The notes beneath the pieces were generated by a model, which saw only the letters and a program-made list of their open reading frames with translations, searched no databases and was not told where the DNA came from. 64,000 nt of DNA from contig OZ253581.1 in NCBI GenBank assembly GCA_965263055.1, positions 204,337-268,336 on the forward strand, written 5' to 3'. This document shows, piece by piece, positions 20,332 through 31,587 of the stretch; position 1 is the first letter of the stretch, and every line of letters starts with the position of its first letter. Made by a program: the position numbers and the translations under genes. The stretch is from Vicinamibacterales bacterium (lineage in GTDB: Bacteria > Acidobacteriota > Vicinamibacteria > Vicinamibacterales > UBA8438).

Positions 20332-20496
20332 GGGTGAATTCAAGTGGTCGTCGCAACATCTCAAATGGGAGGAGTTGCGATGGGAGCAATTACGCGTCGA
20401 CGAGCTGATCATGCAGGACGCCTTCCGAGGCGGTCGCCCGGTCGTCCACCGGTGGGGCGGCGGGAGCATCGGACGCGATTCTGGGAGGCGCTTGCA
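20332..20496 (+). mobile_element. IS30-family left end and transposase N-terminus inserted in the IS3 remnant
   Basis: GGTGAATTCAAGTGGTCGTCGCAACA end; RSPGRPPVGRREHRTRFWEALAR. Confidence 0.65.
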
Positions 20497-20725
20497 CGCG
20501 TCCGCCTGCTTGAGGATGCGGAGCCGATACTCCGCCGTGAACCGGCGGCGCTCGGCTTTCGCCGGCACTTCAGGATCGGGTGCCGTCGCGGCTGACGTAG
20601 CCGTGGGGCCGAAGGCTCCGCGTTCGGCCCCACGACCACGTCCATCTCCACGGCTGGTGGCATGCGATTCATCCATCAAACCCTCCCCGCCCCTACACTA
20701 ATCTCAATAGGGAGGTTGTCTCACA
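20497..20725 (-). mobile_element. Second IS3-family left end and orfA fragment
   Basis: PDPEVPAKAERRRFTAEYRLRILKQADAC; terminus TGTGAGACAACC. Confidence 0.7.
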
Positions 20726-20744
20726 GATCATTGGCACAAGGGGC

Positions 20745-23133
20745 AGCACGCGAGTTCCGATGGCGGCGCCGTCCTGCTCAAGGCGGCGGAGCGCGTGTAT
20801 GGGTTGGTGGCGGGTTTCGCCCGGTGTCTGGTGGACCGGCGGGAGCTCGGGAAGATCCGGCACACGCTGACGGAGTTGCTCGGCCAGCGGATCTTCGGCA
20901 TTGCCTGCGGTCATCCCGATGGCAACGACGCCGACCACCTCGCCGACGACCCGATTCACAAGCTGCTGCTCGGGCGGGACCCGGTCGCGGGCGAGGCGTT
21001 GGCCTCGCAGCCGACGATCTCTCGGTTCGAGAACGGTGCCGGCCCCTCCGCCCTCTACGCGCTGGGACGCGAGTTGGCGATGCGGGTCATCGAGCGGCAT
21101 CAGCACCGGCTGGACGGGCAGGCGCGGCGGATCACGATCGACCTGGACCCGACCGACGACGCGACGCACGGCGCCCAGCAGCTCACCTTCTTCAACGGGC
21201 ACTACGACAGCTGGTGCTACCTGCCGTTGCTGGCGTTTCTGACCTTCGACCAGGAACGCGAACAGTATCTGTGCGCGGCGGTGCTGCGGCCCGGCAATGT
21301 GCCGGCCACCTGCGGGACCGTGGGCGTGTTGTGTCGGCTGCTGCCCCTGCTGCGGCAGGCCTTTCCCCAGGCGCGGTTTCTCGTCCGGCTCGACGGGGGC
21401 TTTGCGACGCCGGAGATCTTCGACGTCCTGGATGCCGAGCCGCGGCTCGACTACGTGGTGGCGATGGCCAAGAACGCCGTGTTGCGGCGCCACGCCGAGC
21501 CCGCCCTGCTCGTGGCGCAGGCCCAGAGTGCGGCCAGCGGCCAGACCGCGCACGTCTACGCCGACACCCGCTATCGAGCCCGCACGTGGGACCGCGACCG
21601 CCGCGTCGTGATCAAGGCCGAGGTCGTCCGGCTCGGCGACCGCGAGCCGCGCGACAACCCGCGCTTCGTCGTGACCAACCTGCGCCAGACGCCGCGTTTC
21701 GTCTATGAACGGATCTACTGCGCCCGCGGCGACATCGAGAACCGGATCAAGGAGTTGCTCGATGGCCTGCAGATCGACCGCACGAGCTGCTGTCGCTTCT
21801 GGGCCAATCAACTGCGCGTGCTGCTCACCGCCGCCGCTTACGTACTGATGCAAGAACTCCGGCTGCGCGCGGCGCGCACCGCCTGTGCCCGCGCCCAAGT
21901 GACGTGGCTGCGCGACCGGCTCCTCAAATTGGGGGCGCACGTCGTCGGCTCGGTCCGCCGTGTGGTCCTGCACCTGCCGACCGCCACGCCGGACCTCCAC
22001 GCCTGGCGGCACATCGCGCTTGCACTCGGCGCCCGCGCCGGATAGGCCCCAGACAGCGCCGGTCAGCCGCGCATACACGCATCCCAACGGCGCACCGAGC
22101 CCGCCCGTGGCGAAGCCGTCCCTGGACGGCCCCGTACCCAGGCCGTCCGCACCGACAATCAGTGTCCATCCCGCCAGCGCCCGACGGCAGCGACGCCCGG
22201 CGCGCCCGGTGCGCGACAATTACACCGTCCGCGCGGCCGACTTGGAGCCTTCAGTAGAGTCGAGGGGAGGCGCGTAACCAGTAGGGAGTCGGTGGCTCCT
22301 CCGGCGCTTTCGCACCGGGCCGCAGTCCGAGTCCCATGGGCACGTTTCCTCCCCCCGCTCTCCGAACCCGGCGTGCCGATTTCCGGCACCGGGCTCTCCA
22401 GTGGAATCATGCGGCTCGCACACGGGCTTTCCGGTTGCGACCAGCGGGCGGGTCTTGCGAGCCGGGGCACCCGGCTCACACCCTGGCGTTGGCCGGCCGG
22501 TGCGTCGTCAGACCTGTTGACGCCCTGACGACGGCGACCGCACGGGTCGTCCCCTTCGCTTATGCATGTGATGACGTCTGGCCTTCCTGCTCATTCATCG
22601 GGGGTGATAGGCCGTTCGGCCACTCCCGGAGCCTGTTCCCTTTCGCCATCCCTTCCACCTGAAGCCCCTTCCCTCGGCCGGCATTGCCCGGCTTCAACGG
22701 TAGTACGGGCTTCTCCGCCACCCTGGCCGGCCCGACCTTGCCCTCACGGGTCGTCGGTTGGCGCGTGCCACGCCGCCGGCAGGGCTTCCCGTGTTGCGTC
22801 CATTCCCCTCTTCCACGCGTGCTGCCGCCATTACCCCGGCGGAACCGGTCGGTGCTCGCGTCGCTCGCTTCCCGACCGCTGGCAGCCTTCCCCGTAATCC
22901 GGGCGGGTCGGCTTCCGCGTTACCCGTTTCGAGGCCTGCTCGGCGTTCAATCGCATTGCGGCCCACGTGGTCGCTGAACCGCCCAGGGCGGCCCTTTGTC
23001 GTCGGAGTGCTTCAGCCGATGTCGTTACCTCCATCGTCCGCTCCGACTGCTACCGGCTGGAGCGACAGTTGCCGGGCGGGATTCGCACCCGCTGAGGAAT
23101 GGCGCCGTGTCACGGCGCACCGAATAATGCAGG
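20745..23133 (+). mobile_element. IS1380-family element, 5'-truncated; transposase reading frame ends at 22045; right IR split by a group II intron
   Basis: SSDGGAVLL, LASQPTISRFEN, IDLDPTDDATHGAQQ, VRLDGGF, RGDIENRIKE, FWANQLR; IR TCA|CGAATAATGCAGG. Confidence 0.88.
22254..23120 (-). ncRNA. ORF-less group II intron (867 nt)
   Basis: 5' GTGCG; domain V GAGAGCCCGGTGCCGGAAATCGGCACGCCGGGTTCGGAGAGCGG; 3' end CGACTCTAC with branch A at -7; removing it restores the IS1380 IR; no RT ORF. Confidence 0.9.
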
Positions 23134-23419
23134 TTAGGGAGGGAGGAAAAAACGGGCAGAGAATTACGGATACCGTGTGCGAGTTGCTGGTGCAACGATT
23201 CCGCCGCGTTTCGAGGACGAATCGCGGTGTGAGTGCCTGCGAGTGTACCGAAGCGTTCGGGAAGGCATCTGCTACACCGTTTCAGTCGGTCAGGAATAGG
23301 AAACGGAGACAGTTATTCCAGTAATTCAACAACGTCCCCTAATTCTTACAAGATGTTGTGGTCGACCATCTGTTCAGATTGACGCGGTTTCTGATGACCG
23401 TTGACAGCCGCCCCTGCTC

Positions 23420-24646
23420 TCATGCGCGGTCAGCTGCTGGCGGAGGGTCCGGACGTACCCAGAGAATGACCATAGCTGCAACGAGGATGGCGGGAATCGA
23501 GGCGTAGAGCGCCCCGTTCCAGCCATGCAGCTCCATGACTGCCCCCGAACTCCAGGAGGCAAAGGCCGAGATACCCATAATGCTGAAATCGTTCAGCGCC
23601 TGAACACGGAAGCGTTCGGCTGGACGATGGGCTCGGGCCAGTAGCGTCGTTCCTCCAACATAGAGGAAATTCCAACCGACGCCGAGCGCCACCATGGCCA
23701 GGCCGTAGTGCAGCATGTGGCGGCCCGCCAGGCCCGCAACCAGGGTGGCGCCAAGCAGCGCCACTCCCCCAATCATCACCCGCCCGGCGCCGAAGCGTCC
23801 GATGAGAGCACCACTGATCAATGAAGGAAGGTACATGGCCAGCACATGGGCCTGGATGACCGCCGCCGTTGCCGCCAGGGAATACCCGTCGACAATACGC
23901 ATGGCCAGCGGTACGGCCGTCATCAAGACAGTCATGACGCCCGACCCGATCGCGCCCCCCGTGACGGCCGCGATAAAGAAGTGGCCGCGAACTATGACGC
24001 GCAGAGGACGAGCTCCCCCGGTTGTTTCTTCCTCGGCCGAAGGGGTCATCGGCCGCAAGGCAAGGAGGGCGGCAGCGCCAAGTAAATAGCACGCCACAAT
24101 AGCGGCGAATGAGCCACCGAACGGTGCGCCCGCGACCCAGGCCTCGCCCCACGACATCAGTCCCGGGCCGAGGAAAGCGCCAAAGATGGAGCCCAAAAGC
24201 ACGATTGAGATCGCTTTTGGTGCGGCCGCCGCACCGACACATTCAGTGGCGGCAAAGCGGTATTGCTGAGAAAACGCGGCCGCGCAGCCCATCGTGATCG
24301 AGCCGCCACAAAGCAGCGCGAAGTCGTGAGTCAGGGTTGCAAGGAAAGCACAGGCTGCTCCGAAGGCGCCCACCGTCGCGCCAATCGCAAAGCCACGGGC
24401 GCGGCCCACGTGCGCCATGGTCCACGAAGCGATGATCGTGGAAACGGCATTGCCCACGATGAGCAGTGACACCGGCAAGGTCGCCAGGGCCGGGTTTGCC
24501 GCCAGGCTACGGCCAAGGATTCCGCCAGCCGTAACGACAGCGAACCAGCCGGTGACCCCCACTGCCTGCGCGAATAGCAGGATCGCCAAATTGCGGCTGA
24601 AGAGTTGGGAACGGATGGCCGGGCCTTGTTTTTTGCCAAAGCGCAT
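23420..24646 (-). CDS. MFS transporter (RfnT-like)
   Basis: About 12 hydrophobic segments; QQYRFAATE, IQAHVLAMYLPS, LGVGWNFLYVGGT, RVQALNDF. Confidence 0.85.
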   Translation of the reverse strand: MRFGKKQGPAIRSQLFSRNLAILLFAQAVGVTGWFAVVTAGGILGRSLAANPALATLPVSLLIVGNAVSTIIASWTMAHVGRARGFAIGATVGAFGAACAFLATLTHDFALLCGGSITMGCAAAFSQQYRFAATECVGAAAAPKAISIVLLGSIFGAFLGPGLMSWGEAWVAGAPFGGSFAAIVACYLLGAAALLALRPMTPSAEEETTGGARPLRVIVRGHFFIAAVTGGAIGSGVMTVLMTAVPLAMRIVDGYSLAATAAVIQAHVLAMYLPSLISGALIGRFGAGRVMIGGVALLGATLVAGLAGRHMLHYGLAMVALGVGWNFLYVGGTTLLARAHRPAERFRVQALNDFSIMGISAFASWSSGAVMELHGWNGALYASIPAILVAAMVILWVRPDPPPAADRA

Positions 24647-24719
24647 AGTTGAGACTCAGCGGCACAATTTCAGACCCCGGAAGCGTGGCGCTATCAGACG
24701 ATAGACGATATTAGCTAAC

Positions 24720-25026
24720 TGGTGGGATGCGGCGGGTGCACCTGCGGGAGCATTTCGAACATCCTGAAGCGACTGCTGGTCCATATCGCGGGTCTCAACC
24801 TCGGGCTGCTTCTGCGTCGTGAGATCTGCGTCGGCACGCCCCGTGGCCTACAGGACCGGGTCGTAGCCGGCGTATGCACGCTGATCGGGTGGTTTGTGGG
24901 CCTGTGGAGCGTTCTGGAGCGCCTCTTGATACGATTCCGACCCAATTCGGCGCGGACAGCCGCGCTATCGGGCCACCGGCCCCTTCAGCCATCCATCTGA
25001 ACACCGAGGACTTCTACCTCGGGCTG
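24720..25026 (+). mobile_element. IS1182/IS5-like transposase C-terminal remnant and end
   Basis: GGMRRVHL..SNILKRLLVHIAGLNLGLLLR..GTPRGLQ; ends ACTTCTACCTCGGGCTG. Confidence 0.6.
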
Positions 25027-26835
25027 TTATAGACCAACCGCAAGCAGAGCTTGCCTGATCTCCCTATGGGTCGTACTGCCGTCTCCGAACAGGTCCACGG
25101 CGGATTGCCGGATGGCCAGCGCCGCATCACGGAGCGATGCGCTGGGCGGCATCAGGTCTGTCATAGCCCGGAAGAACGCCTGCTCGACGTCGGCGCGATT
25201 GGCTGGCCCCACGCCGGTCACGGACCGCCGGGTCGTCGCATTCCTGCCACCCTCAATCGCGAGGTAGAAGGCGTGGCTGAGCACGGTCGAGTTCCAGTGG
25301 ACACCGCCGCCGTCCGCCGAGGACAGTTGACCAACGAACCTGCCGTCGACGAAAGTCAGACCAGTCAAGCGGGCGCCAGTGAAACTCCGCCCGTCACGGG
25401 TAGCCACGATGAACCGCAGCATGCGGCTCCGCGCATCGGGATACGGGATGCCAGGGGCGACGTTGACAGATCGTGGGTTGTCAGAAACGCGAAACGGGCG
25501 GCCGAGGTGTTCGCCAGTAGCATAATCGCCGGCAAGGAGGGGGTCCGCGCGATCCTCATGGAAGAACTCGACCGCATGCGCAAAGATGTCCGAAAAGGCT
25601 TCATTGATGATGCCGCCATCGTCTGTCCAAAGCACGAATCGTCCGCCGCTGCAAAACGGCCGTAGTCTCGCACCATCCGAATAGGTAAGCCTGAGATTGT
25701 TGCACGTGAAGTCGCGACCGTCGGTAGATCGAAAGCTGGACGGGCCCAGGGTCCAGTTGAGGTAGCCAGTGAGGGGGTATCGAACGCGGGTCCGTTCACT
25801 CACCGAGAAGTGCGTGACCCCGTGCATGAGCTCGTGCGCAACGATGTCTTCAGTGGCGAATGAGGTGCCGTCGATTTCGCCGTAGACAAAGACGCCCCGG
25901 CCTTCTGGGCCGAAGGGCGGCCGGCGGAAATAGGCGTTGACGAAACCGTTGTTGACCAGCGAGAGGATGCGGCCGTTCTTCCCGTCCACGCCGTACCAGT
26001 TGTGCCGCTGCGCGAAGTAGTCGTACGTCCAGCCCGTATGGGCATGTGCATCGACGGCGGCTGGGTTGTCCTCCCACACGTTGTCCGGGTCACCCGCGAC
26101 GTCCGAGGCCGACCAGCGGCGCACTCCGGCCGGGCCCGAATCGGCCAGGCTGTCCAGGCGGCTCTGCCGGTATTTCATGTCGAGGGTGACAATCTCGCCC
26201 GGCCGCAACGGGTCGATGGTCTGATAGACGCCTCCAGCGCGCGTGGTGCTGACGTTCTTCCGGTCTCCGGCGATGCCCGTGCCGACGCCGACAGCCTGCT
26301 GCGTTGACGTGACGTCGTGCGACCAGACGACGGAGCCGTCGGCGGCGTCGACGAAGTAGAGGCGAGCGTCGCTCATGAGCGCGCGGTAGACGAGCCGGTA
26401 GGTGGCGTCAGGGAGCGGCAGCACGACCAGGTCTGGCGTGTCCACGGACGAAGCGTCCGTAGCCTGGGCGAGGCCAGCGAGGGCGTCGTCGGGCGACAGC
26501 GAGGGCACGGCCCCAATCTCGGTGTTCTCGTGGATCCGCCCGAAGAGCGAAACCGTTTCGTTGCTCCGCATCTGGCGGGAAACGCCTCCGCCGTGGACAG
26601 GCACGCCGTCGAGGTGCTGGGCCAGATACTCGTGAATGCGGTCCGGCAGCAGACGGTCGACGCGCCGCGACACGACGACCAGGTCGCCGGCTCGGGTCAT
26701 CGCGTCGACGGTCGCGGCGTCGATGGGGCGGTCGATCGCTTCAGCGTTCCATGGCTGGGGTTGGGCAGCCCCTGGCGCCGTGTTCAGGAGCGTCATCACC
26801 AGGGTCGCGATCAGGAGGCGTGTGGTCTTCTGCAT
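25027..26835 (-). CDS. Secreted M4 (thermolysin-like) zinc metallopeptidase with propeptide
   Basis: Signal peptide; FTP/PepSY-like propeptide (QHLDGVPVHGG, FVDAADG); AVDAH, NAYF, VAHELMHGVT, INEAFSD, GGVHWNS. Confidence 0.9.
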   Translation of the reverse strand: MQKTTRLLIATLVMTLLNTAPGAAQPQPWNAEAIDRPIDAATVDAMTRAGDLVVVSRRVDRLLPDRIHEYLAQHLDGVPVHGGGVSRQMRSNETVSLFGRIHENTEIGAVPSLSPDDALAGLAQATDASSVDTPDLVVLPLPDATYRLVYRALMSDARLYFVDAADGSVVWSHDVTSTQQAVGVGTGIAGDRKNVSTTRAGGVYQTIDPLRPGEIVTLDMKYRQSRLDSLADSGPAGVRRWSASDVAGDPDNVWEDNPAAVDAHAHTGWTYDYFAQRHNWYGVDGKNGRILSLVNNGFVNAYFRRPPFGPEGRGVFVYGEIDGTSFATEDIVAHELMHGVTHFSVSERTRVRYPLTGYLNWTLGPSSFRSTDGRDFTCNNLRLTYSDGARLRPFCSGGRFVLWTDDGGIINEAFSDIFAHAVEFFHEDRADPLLAGDYATGEHLGRPFRVSDNPRSVNVAPGIPYPDARSRMLRFIVATRDGRSFTGARLTGLTFVDGRFVGQLSSADGGGVHWNSTVLSHAFYLAIEGGRNATTRRSVTGVGPANRADVEQAFFRAMTDLMPPSASLRDAALAIRQSAVDLFGDGSTTHREIRQALLAVGL

Positions 26836-26851
26836 GGCAGGATGTTCCCCT

Positions 26852-27640
26852 TCAGAACCGCAGGCGGAGGCCGCCCGCCGCGTGGAAGCCGCCGGCGGGA
26901 ACGTCGACGGACCCGTCGCCAGCCGATGGCAGGTCGATGGTGCCCGCGCTGAAACGGGTGAGCCAGCCGACGCCGATGGTGTCCGTGAAGTAGTAGGCGA
27001 CGTCGACCCCGGCGTTGAAGCCAATCGTTGACCGCGACTGCTCCCCGGTAACGATGCCTCCGAACGCAGCGTCGTCGTACGGGTAGCTGTGCGTGAAGCG
27101 GACGTCGGTCACCAGATCCTGCCGGAGGCTGAACACCGTCGGCCCGCCGAACACGGTCACCGTGAACGCGGGATTGACCGGCACCGTCACGAGGGCGTGC
27201 AGATGAACCGCCCGTTCGTCGTGGTAGACCGGCATGTTCCCGGCAATCGTGCGGACGCTGCCGAGGAAGAACGGATGGGGCAGGCGCGCCGAGACGCTGG
27301 CGTCGACATCCCGCCGGTAGAGCGAGACGGACACGCCGACCCCGAGATTGCGCCACAGGCGTGCGCCGCCGCTGACGTCGACCACCGGCCCGGATTCGAC
27401 GCGATAGGCGCCGTTGAAGCTGGACGGGTCGCCGGTGGCCGCGCTGGAGACCATCTCGGTGTAGACGGGGCTTGGCCCCCCGAAGGTGGCCGCGTCAGTG
27501 AACTCGCCGGGCACGACCTGCAGGCCGCCGTTCACGGCGACGTACCCCCGATGGCCATCCCCTTGCTGCGCGGCTGCGATCGACGGCAGGGCGAGCAGGA
27601 GTACGGCCAAGGCATTCCACCACCGAATGGACCGTATCAT
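26852..27640 (-). CDS. Outer-membrane beta-barrel protein
   Basis: Signal peptide, amphipathic strands, C-terminal GGLRLRF. Confidence 0.75.
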   Translation of the reverse strand: MIRSIRWWNALAVLLLALPSIAAAQQGDGHRGYVAVNGGLQVVPGEFTDAATFGGPSPVYTEMVSSAATGDPSSFNGAYRVESGPVVDVSGGARLWRNLGVGVSVSLYRRDVDASVSARLPHPFFLGSVRTIAGNMPVYHDERAVHLHALVTVPVNPAFTVTVFGGPTVFSLRQDLVTDVRFTHSYPYDDAAFGGIVTGEQSRSTIGFNAGVDVAYYFTDTIGVGWLTRFSAGTIDLPSAGDGSVDVPAGGFHAAGGLRLRF

Positions 27641-27849
27641 GCAGAGTTCCTTTCTGGTGTCCGGAAACTACCGGAGAGTCGTTACTGCGATCCGTATCGG
27701 ACTGTTTTCGTTCCCTCCGTGCATCCGTAAACGCAATCTGGTGCTACCGCACCGTATTGCCTCCATGGGTCCGGCGGGGTGACTCTTGGACGGAGCCTCC
27801 TGGCCAACATGGATAGTCGCGCAACCGGGAGGAGTCCATATACGGGCTG

Positions 27850-30072
27850 CTAGCCGTCGGCCAGCCGAATCTCGATTCGAGTGTCATTGACGATGATCAC
27901 GCAGGCGTCAGCGAACTCCTGGTTGGTCATTTCGAAGTCGGCGAACGCTTGCGCGTCCGTCGCGAGCACGTACAGGATCATTCGATCTACGGTCTCGACG
28001 TCGGCGAAACCTACGGCGGTCGCGGGTTCGGCGAGCGCGGCGGCGGCGAGATCTACGGCATCTACGACGGTCGCGGGTTCGGCATCGTCATCCTGGCTCA
28101 CGAAGGGCCGGTGGGGTATCTCAAGTTCCACCCGGATCCCGGCGAGGCCGGTTCCCTCAAGCCAGGCACCGGTCTCCTTGACCCAGTTCAAGAGTCGTTG
28201 GTTCAGGATTCGTGCGACGCGGTGCGATTCGTGTCGCCGCGTGTTGTACATGTTGGGATCCCGTCTAAGGTCGACAACCAGATAGTCGTCCCGACGGAAT
28301 GTCGCGTGCCCCAAGCGGAATGGCAGGCGCCCTAGTGGTCCGTCACCTTATAATATTCGGATATACGGACTTGAGTTTGCAGCGCGCATCGTCGACCTTC
28401 ATCTGCCAGTCGACACCGCGTTGCGTGCGGTTGACGTCGGTGGACCACGCCGACACCTCGTCGTGCAGCGTGCCGAGGTCGCCGATGCGGCGCCCGCGCA
28501 CGCATTGGCGCGTCAGGGAACTGAGTTCGTTCTCCGCGATGTTCAGCCAGCTCCCGTGTTTCGGCGTGTAGTAGAAGTCGATGCGTCGAACCAATTGCCG
28601 CGCCCGGGTCGGCTCGAACACTGCGTAGAAGGCGCCCTTCGTGTGCGTGTTGAGGTTGTCGCACACCAAGGCGATCTTCTCACAGTCGGCGTAGCGTCCT
28701 TCCAACAGGCCGGCGACCTCCACCGCCCAGTCCGCCTTCGTACGCCGGGCCCGGGCCGTCGCCTGCCGCCAACCCGCCAGCGGCTCGCTGAACAGGAAGA
28801 CCGAGGCCGTGCCGGCCCGTTCGTACTCGTAGTCGACACGCCGCGGACGGTTCTTCGTGGCCGCCATCGGCGCGCGGGTTTCCTTGACCAACTGCACCGG
28901 CTGCTCGTCCATGCACACGACGGGACAATCCGGATCGTAGGGTTTCTGATACAGGTCCAGGACCTGTTCCATGTTCGCCACGAACTCGGCATCGGCCTGT
29001 GGCGGGATCACCCAGTACTGGATTTTCCGCTGCGTCATGCCGTTTTTTTCAGCGTCCGCCGGATGGTTTCGTGGCTGATCGACTCGACGATCGCCAACTC
29101 GACGACCCGGCGCGCCAGCAGGCGCAACGACCAGTGCGCGTAGCCCTTCGGGGGTGGCCCCAGACGCAGGGCGATGACCTGCGCCTCCTGTTCGCCGTCG
29201 AGCAGTTTGGGAACCGGGGGCGACGCCCGCCGCTTTCGTTCCAGCGCCCGCTCGAACCCGTCCTGCACGCAGCGTTGGCGAATGTTCTCGACCGTCTTGG
29301 TGCGGCACGAAAAGGCCTCGGCGACCCGCTGGTCGGTCCACGCCGGCCCGTCCGCATCGGCCTTCAAGAGAATCTGCGCGCGGCGCACTTTCTCGCTGCT
29401 CCCGTTGAGCTTGCGGACCGTCTGTTGACAGACCTCGCGTTCCTGGGCTGTGAGTCGAACGATGTACCTCTTTTGCGGCATGGAAACTCTCTCGGTTCGA
29501 GACGAGCTCCCCAATAGTCCTAATGTTTATTGATGGCACAGCACTAGGTTGGCTGTACCACCGAACGACGAGTGTACATGCTGGAGCAGACCCACTCGCA
29601 GATCCGGCGGAACAATGCTCAGTCCTCCCTGAAAAGCAACCGCAGCTATTTGCTCGTATGTCTCCGCCAGACGAGATTGCGTGGCCTCGCTGGCAGCATC
29701 CCCGGCGACCACCGCCCGGGCGAACTCGGCCTGTGCAGACGAGTGGTCGGTGTGGAACCGCAGCTTGATCGCTACTGCTCTATTCCGTAGCTCGACCTCG
29801 ACATAGTCCTCCTTGCCTGTGTCGATCTTCTCCACTTGCAGCTCCAGGAGCGCCGGGAACTCCCCGACCCAAGTCGTCTCCGGGGTTATGTCGGCACTGA
29901 AGATCTCGATCGAATCCCCTGTCCATCCGTTACAAAGACTGCAGCTGCCATCTTCGTACAGGATAGACGGCGAGACCATCAGCGTGAAAACGTCACCCTT
30001 CCTTGCGTCGATCTGCGCGGATGCAGGCACAGCGAGCAGAAAAAGTACGGGCAAATTCAATAGGCACTTCAT
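27850..30072 (-). pseudogene. Secreted hypothetical protein split by IS630
   Basis: MKCLLNLPVLFLLAVPASAQ..GGTANL rejoins in frame with GRLPFRLGHATFRRDDY.. once the IS and one TA are removed. Confidence 0.75.
28335..29544 (-). mobile_element. IS630-family element (orfA 29035-29481, orfB to 28343) with TA duplication
   Basis: CMDEQP, DYEYERAG, LVCDNLNTH, YTPKHGSWLNIAE; A7 slippery run at 29043-29049; TA at 28333-28334 and 29545-29546. Confidence 0.92.
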
Positions 30073-30293
30073 TCTCACCCCCACACCAGCGCTCCGGTGC
30101 GTCCCAAGGCGTCGGTTACGCACAGGCCTGAGCTTCCCACCAACAACCTGAGTGGTCGGCCGGGCCAGTCGCCAAGGGCCTTCAGTTTCGTCGCTCCCTC
30201 ATCGGCCACGGTCACACTCATTGCGCCAGCGCACGCAACTCGTCCGCCGTGGCCCCCAGTATGATCCTGACAGGCGATCATCGCGGATTGCCA

Positions 30294-30770
30294 CTACTGC
30301 GGGTACGCCCTAGTCGCAGGAAACGGCAGTTCGACCTCCTGAGCGTCGTCTGCGACCCCGTCGACCCGCAGTGCCAGGGCCCGGAGCGGCTCCTCATTGG
30401 GACAGAACACGAACCCCTGCCCGCGATTACCTGCCGGGACGAACTGGTTGTTTTCCAGACCCTTGTTGGCGAAGTCGGCACGGATCTCGTTATTCGCCTC
30501 TTGGCTGGAGTTGCCAGCCAAGAGGCCGCGAACCGCCCAACCGTACTCCGCAGTACCTCCTCGGCAACGTCCTCCGCTGGGACCAGCGCATGGGGTGTGC
30601 CCGTCGTCGCCATGCAGGAGATGTAGGCCGGATTGACGGTGATACCTTACTGCTGAGTTGTTGAACACGATTACGTTGATGGGGAGGTACCCACGCTCGT
30701 AGAAGTACCAGAGCGTGTTCGATACCGCGCCGAGCTGCCGAAGACGCCGACGACAACTGCGATTCGCTTC
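30294..30770 (-). pseudogene. Frameshifted hypothetical protein remnant
   Basis: Protein-like segments in alternating frames (LVPAEDVAEEVLRSTVGRF; SSQEANNEIRADFANKGLE..QGFVF). Confidence 0.35.
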
Positions 30771-31066
30771 ACGAGCGGCCTCCCCTTCGCCCGCGACCTG
30801 AATTGGTCACCGGGTTAGTTGTCACACACAAAATGCACGCGAACGTGAGAGATCCCGTCTGTTCACCCAAGGCTCAGGGGAGCGACCCCCGTCCAAATAT
30901 ACGTAGGCTGTTCTTCCTCCAGCGACCTCGGCGAAGGGTAGTGCGTTCAACACCTTCCTGTCACTACCAGGAGTGGTAGTGTCTGGGATGTATTCGTGCG
31001 TTGGAGAAGATACAGCCCGAGGCCGGGCAACCGGCCCGCCCAGCGAGGACGCCGGCCGCGTCGCGG

Positions 31067-31515
31067 TTACCCGAACTCGGCGATCGACAGCACCAACCGC
31101 ACCAGATCCACCTGCCGGGAGATCGGCAGTTTCCGGTAGATCTGCTTCAGGTGCCAGTAGATGGCGCCGTCCGTGAGCCCCGTCGCCCGGGCGATGTCGC
31201 GCACGGGTGTGCCGTTGGCCAACCAAGCCGCCACCTGACTCTCGGCCGGCGTCAGCCCCAGGATCCTGGCGACCACGTCGGGATCGAGACGAGGATGGCG
31301 CCCCGGCTCGACAATCAGGACCAGCGCCGCGACGTGCCGCGCACCGTAGTCCGGTTGCGAGACCCCCACGGGTTTGACGTGCACCACGACCGGGGGCAAC
31401 CTGGACACGCGGCCCAGCAGCATCGATCCACTGACCGGGACCGCCCCGGCGGTCGGCAGCGCCTCAGCCACCAGCCGCGCCAGACGGCACTGGTCGTCCG
31501 GCGCGCGGGCCTGCA
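31067..31515 (-). pseudogene. LuxR-type HTH regulator, C-terminal fragment
   Basis: LGLTPAESQVAAWLANG..IA..AIYWHLKQIYRKLPISRQVDLVRLV; N-terminus replaced by the integrase element. Confidence 0.8.
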
Positions 31516-31587
31516 ACACCACTATTACTCAGTGGTTTACGTGACTATCCGCACGGACCTGGATTGTGGCGGAAACCCATTGGTCAC

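Noticed and set aside
27780-27852. ACGGGCTGCTAG as an IS end forming a composite transposon with 25010-25026
   Set aside because: Same orientation, short match, overlaps a stop codon; insufficient support.
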